The translations under genes were made by a program, and so were the position numbers. A stretch of 64,000 bases of DNA from Tubulanus polymorphus (taxonomy: Eukaryota; Animalia; Nemertea), in the NCBI RefSeq assembly GCF_964204645.1, contig NC_134033.1, forward strand, positions 9,742,655 to 9,806,654, read 5' to 3'. Shown piece by piece: positions 62,433-64,000 of the stretch (the stretch's first letter is position 1; each line of letters begins with the position of its first letter). The notes beneath the pieces are model-generated. The model worked only from the letters and a program-made list of their open reading frames with translations, was not told the origin of the DNA and did not search any database.

Positions 62433-63864
62433 TCCTCAAATACAATCATTCTGATATAGAATTTTCATGGGCTTGCATGCTTGCAAGCCCATATTGCTAT
62501 CACACGGATTGGTAACTTGCTTGGGGAGTCGATAACTTTCGTTTGAAACTTTCTTGGGCTCTGATATTTACACAAATTTAATGCAGTAATAAAATCTAGG
62601 TTCCTTTCGAATATTGGCTATATCCGTTGTCGTTTTCATTGTTTTATGATTTTGTTTGATCGTTTTTGTTATTTCAGCAGCGCATACCAACCTTGGTTGA
62701 GTGTGTGTGATCAGTCTTGAAATTGGTATTCATGCGCAGCATAGTGCTGCTGACAATTCAATTCATTCTTCATTGATACAATTAAAATTTCACAATGAAA
62801 CATTAACTTTCACGTTAAAAAAAAATCTTTTACTTTCATTGGGTGCTTGCGTTAGCGGCCTTTTGAAAAATCTCTGTATGAACATTTATATTTTTCAGTT
62901 TAATAAAACTTTTCTGTAAAATAAATTCTGAATTGAATTGAAGACTGGTTCCCTGTCTCCAAAGAGCCAGGGGGCGGTAGTCTATGGTGGCAATAAATTT
63001 TATCGGATGATCGTTGTGGATTGTCATTTGAAGGAAATGCAACTTATTCTTGCTTAATGTCTTTAAAAAGAAAAATCGTGGCTCCTATCTTTTTTCGTGT
63101 TCGCTTCTCTTCACCTGAAGTCACTCGAGTTAGTCACGTTTTTTCTTTCAGTTGTAAATGTTTCTATGCAAAATCATTTCAACACAATCCGATAAGTAAT
63201 CTAGCAAGTATCAACATGATGATAGATTCCGTTAAGACACTACAATATTCAAATAACAACTATCCAAAAGCTTGCACTAACTTGCAGAGATGAGAATTCC
63301 CCGCGGATCCGCGGTTTCCCGCGGATTTCAGTATTGAAAAATATCAATTTTCCAAATAGTCCAAAAATGATGTAAAAGTATGGGGGGGGGGGGTGATGAT
63401 CTCACTCAATTGGTCCGGCGCGATCGGTAATCAGGTGAACCGTAAAAGCGTTCAGTGCCTGTTTTACTTATCGTCACGTAAAAGTATCGCATTTCAATGC
63501 ATATTCATTGCAACACAGTGATATTTCCATCGAGTACTGTACCCTTTCCTATGGTTTTTGCCAATATTTTCTAAATTTGGATTTATCGCCAATGGTTTTT
63601 CTATACGACCCGGCCCTGCGGTATTGCATTTAGCCACCGGCGAAATCCGCCATCTTTTTTCTTGGCGTTCTCGCAGTAGAACGCGTTGGATTTTTTCGCC
63701 GTAAAAATCTGGGAATTAGGATATTAGGGAGTTTTCACTCTCGTAACGGTGAGTCCGTTCGGTTTGGGGGTTATCCCTGATTTTTTTTTTTCCGTAAGAA
63801 TTTTATTTACAAATATAATTTGATTGAATTGAATTGAATTGTTTTGATTTGTAACAGGATAATT

Positions 63865-64000
63865 ATGCCACCCCCTCCTAAGGGTCAGCATCGTGGCGGG
63901 GAGGGATGCGGGCATTTGTTTGGCGCCTGGGACAACCACGATTCATGTGCGTCATGCAGGCGCAAATCCGGTCAAATATGTGCAAGGAGCAATCCTTGCA
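63865..64000 (+). CDS. Start of DIRS-type ORF1 (N-terminal Zn finger), cut by window end
   Basis: MPPPPKGQHRGGEGCGHLFGAWDNHDSCASCRRKSGQICARSNPC: CgH....D.H..C..CR.....C....PC pattern. Confidence 0.6.
   Translation, partial: MPPPPKGQHRGGEGCGHLFGAWDNHDSCASCRRKSGQICARSNPC

Overview
AT-rich eukaryotic (metazoan, probably marine invertebrate) DNA made almost entirely of nested transposable elements; no confident host protein-coding gene. Main contents: (1) a decayed MULE/NOF-type (Foldback-NOF-like) transposase polyprotein at 4453-8735 carrying PHD + USP(C19) + DDE + Ulp1(C48) domains, between inverted 205-bp tandem-array arms; (2) a non-autonomous MULE (9-bp TSD) containing a 7-bp-TSD TIR element with a Chapaev/RAG1-N-like Zn finger and a Penelope-type hammerhead; (3) two inverted, decayed Sola2-like copies; (4) two diverged tRNA-Leu-primed Gypsy elements, one decayed (23069-30984, -) and one intact and very young (38494-46428, +). 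Both carry, in the env position, a third ORF encoding an SGNH/GDSL hydrolase, and both share leader motifs, candidate splice sites and a Pol C-terminal motif. This SGNH-ORF3 Gypsy lineage is the best candidate for an undescribed system; the USP+Ulp1 transposase is second. The rest is LINE fragments, LTR remnants, MITEs, Helentron-like repeats and the start of a DIRS ORF1. All family calls come from motif recognition by eye; no database search was run.
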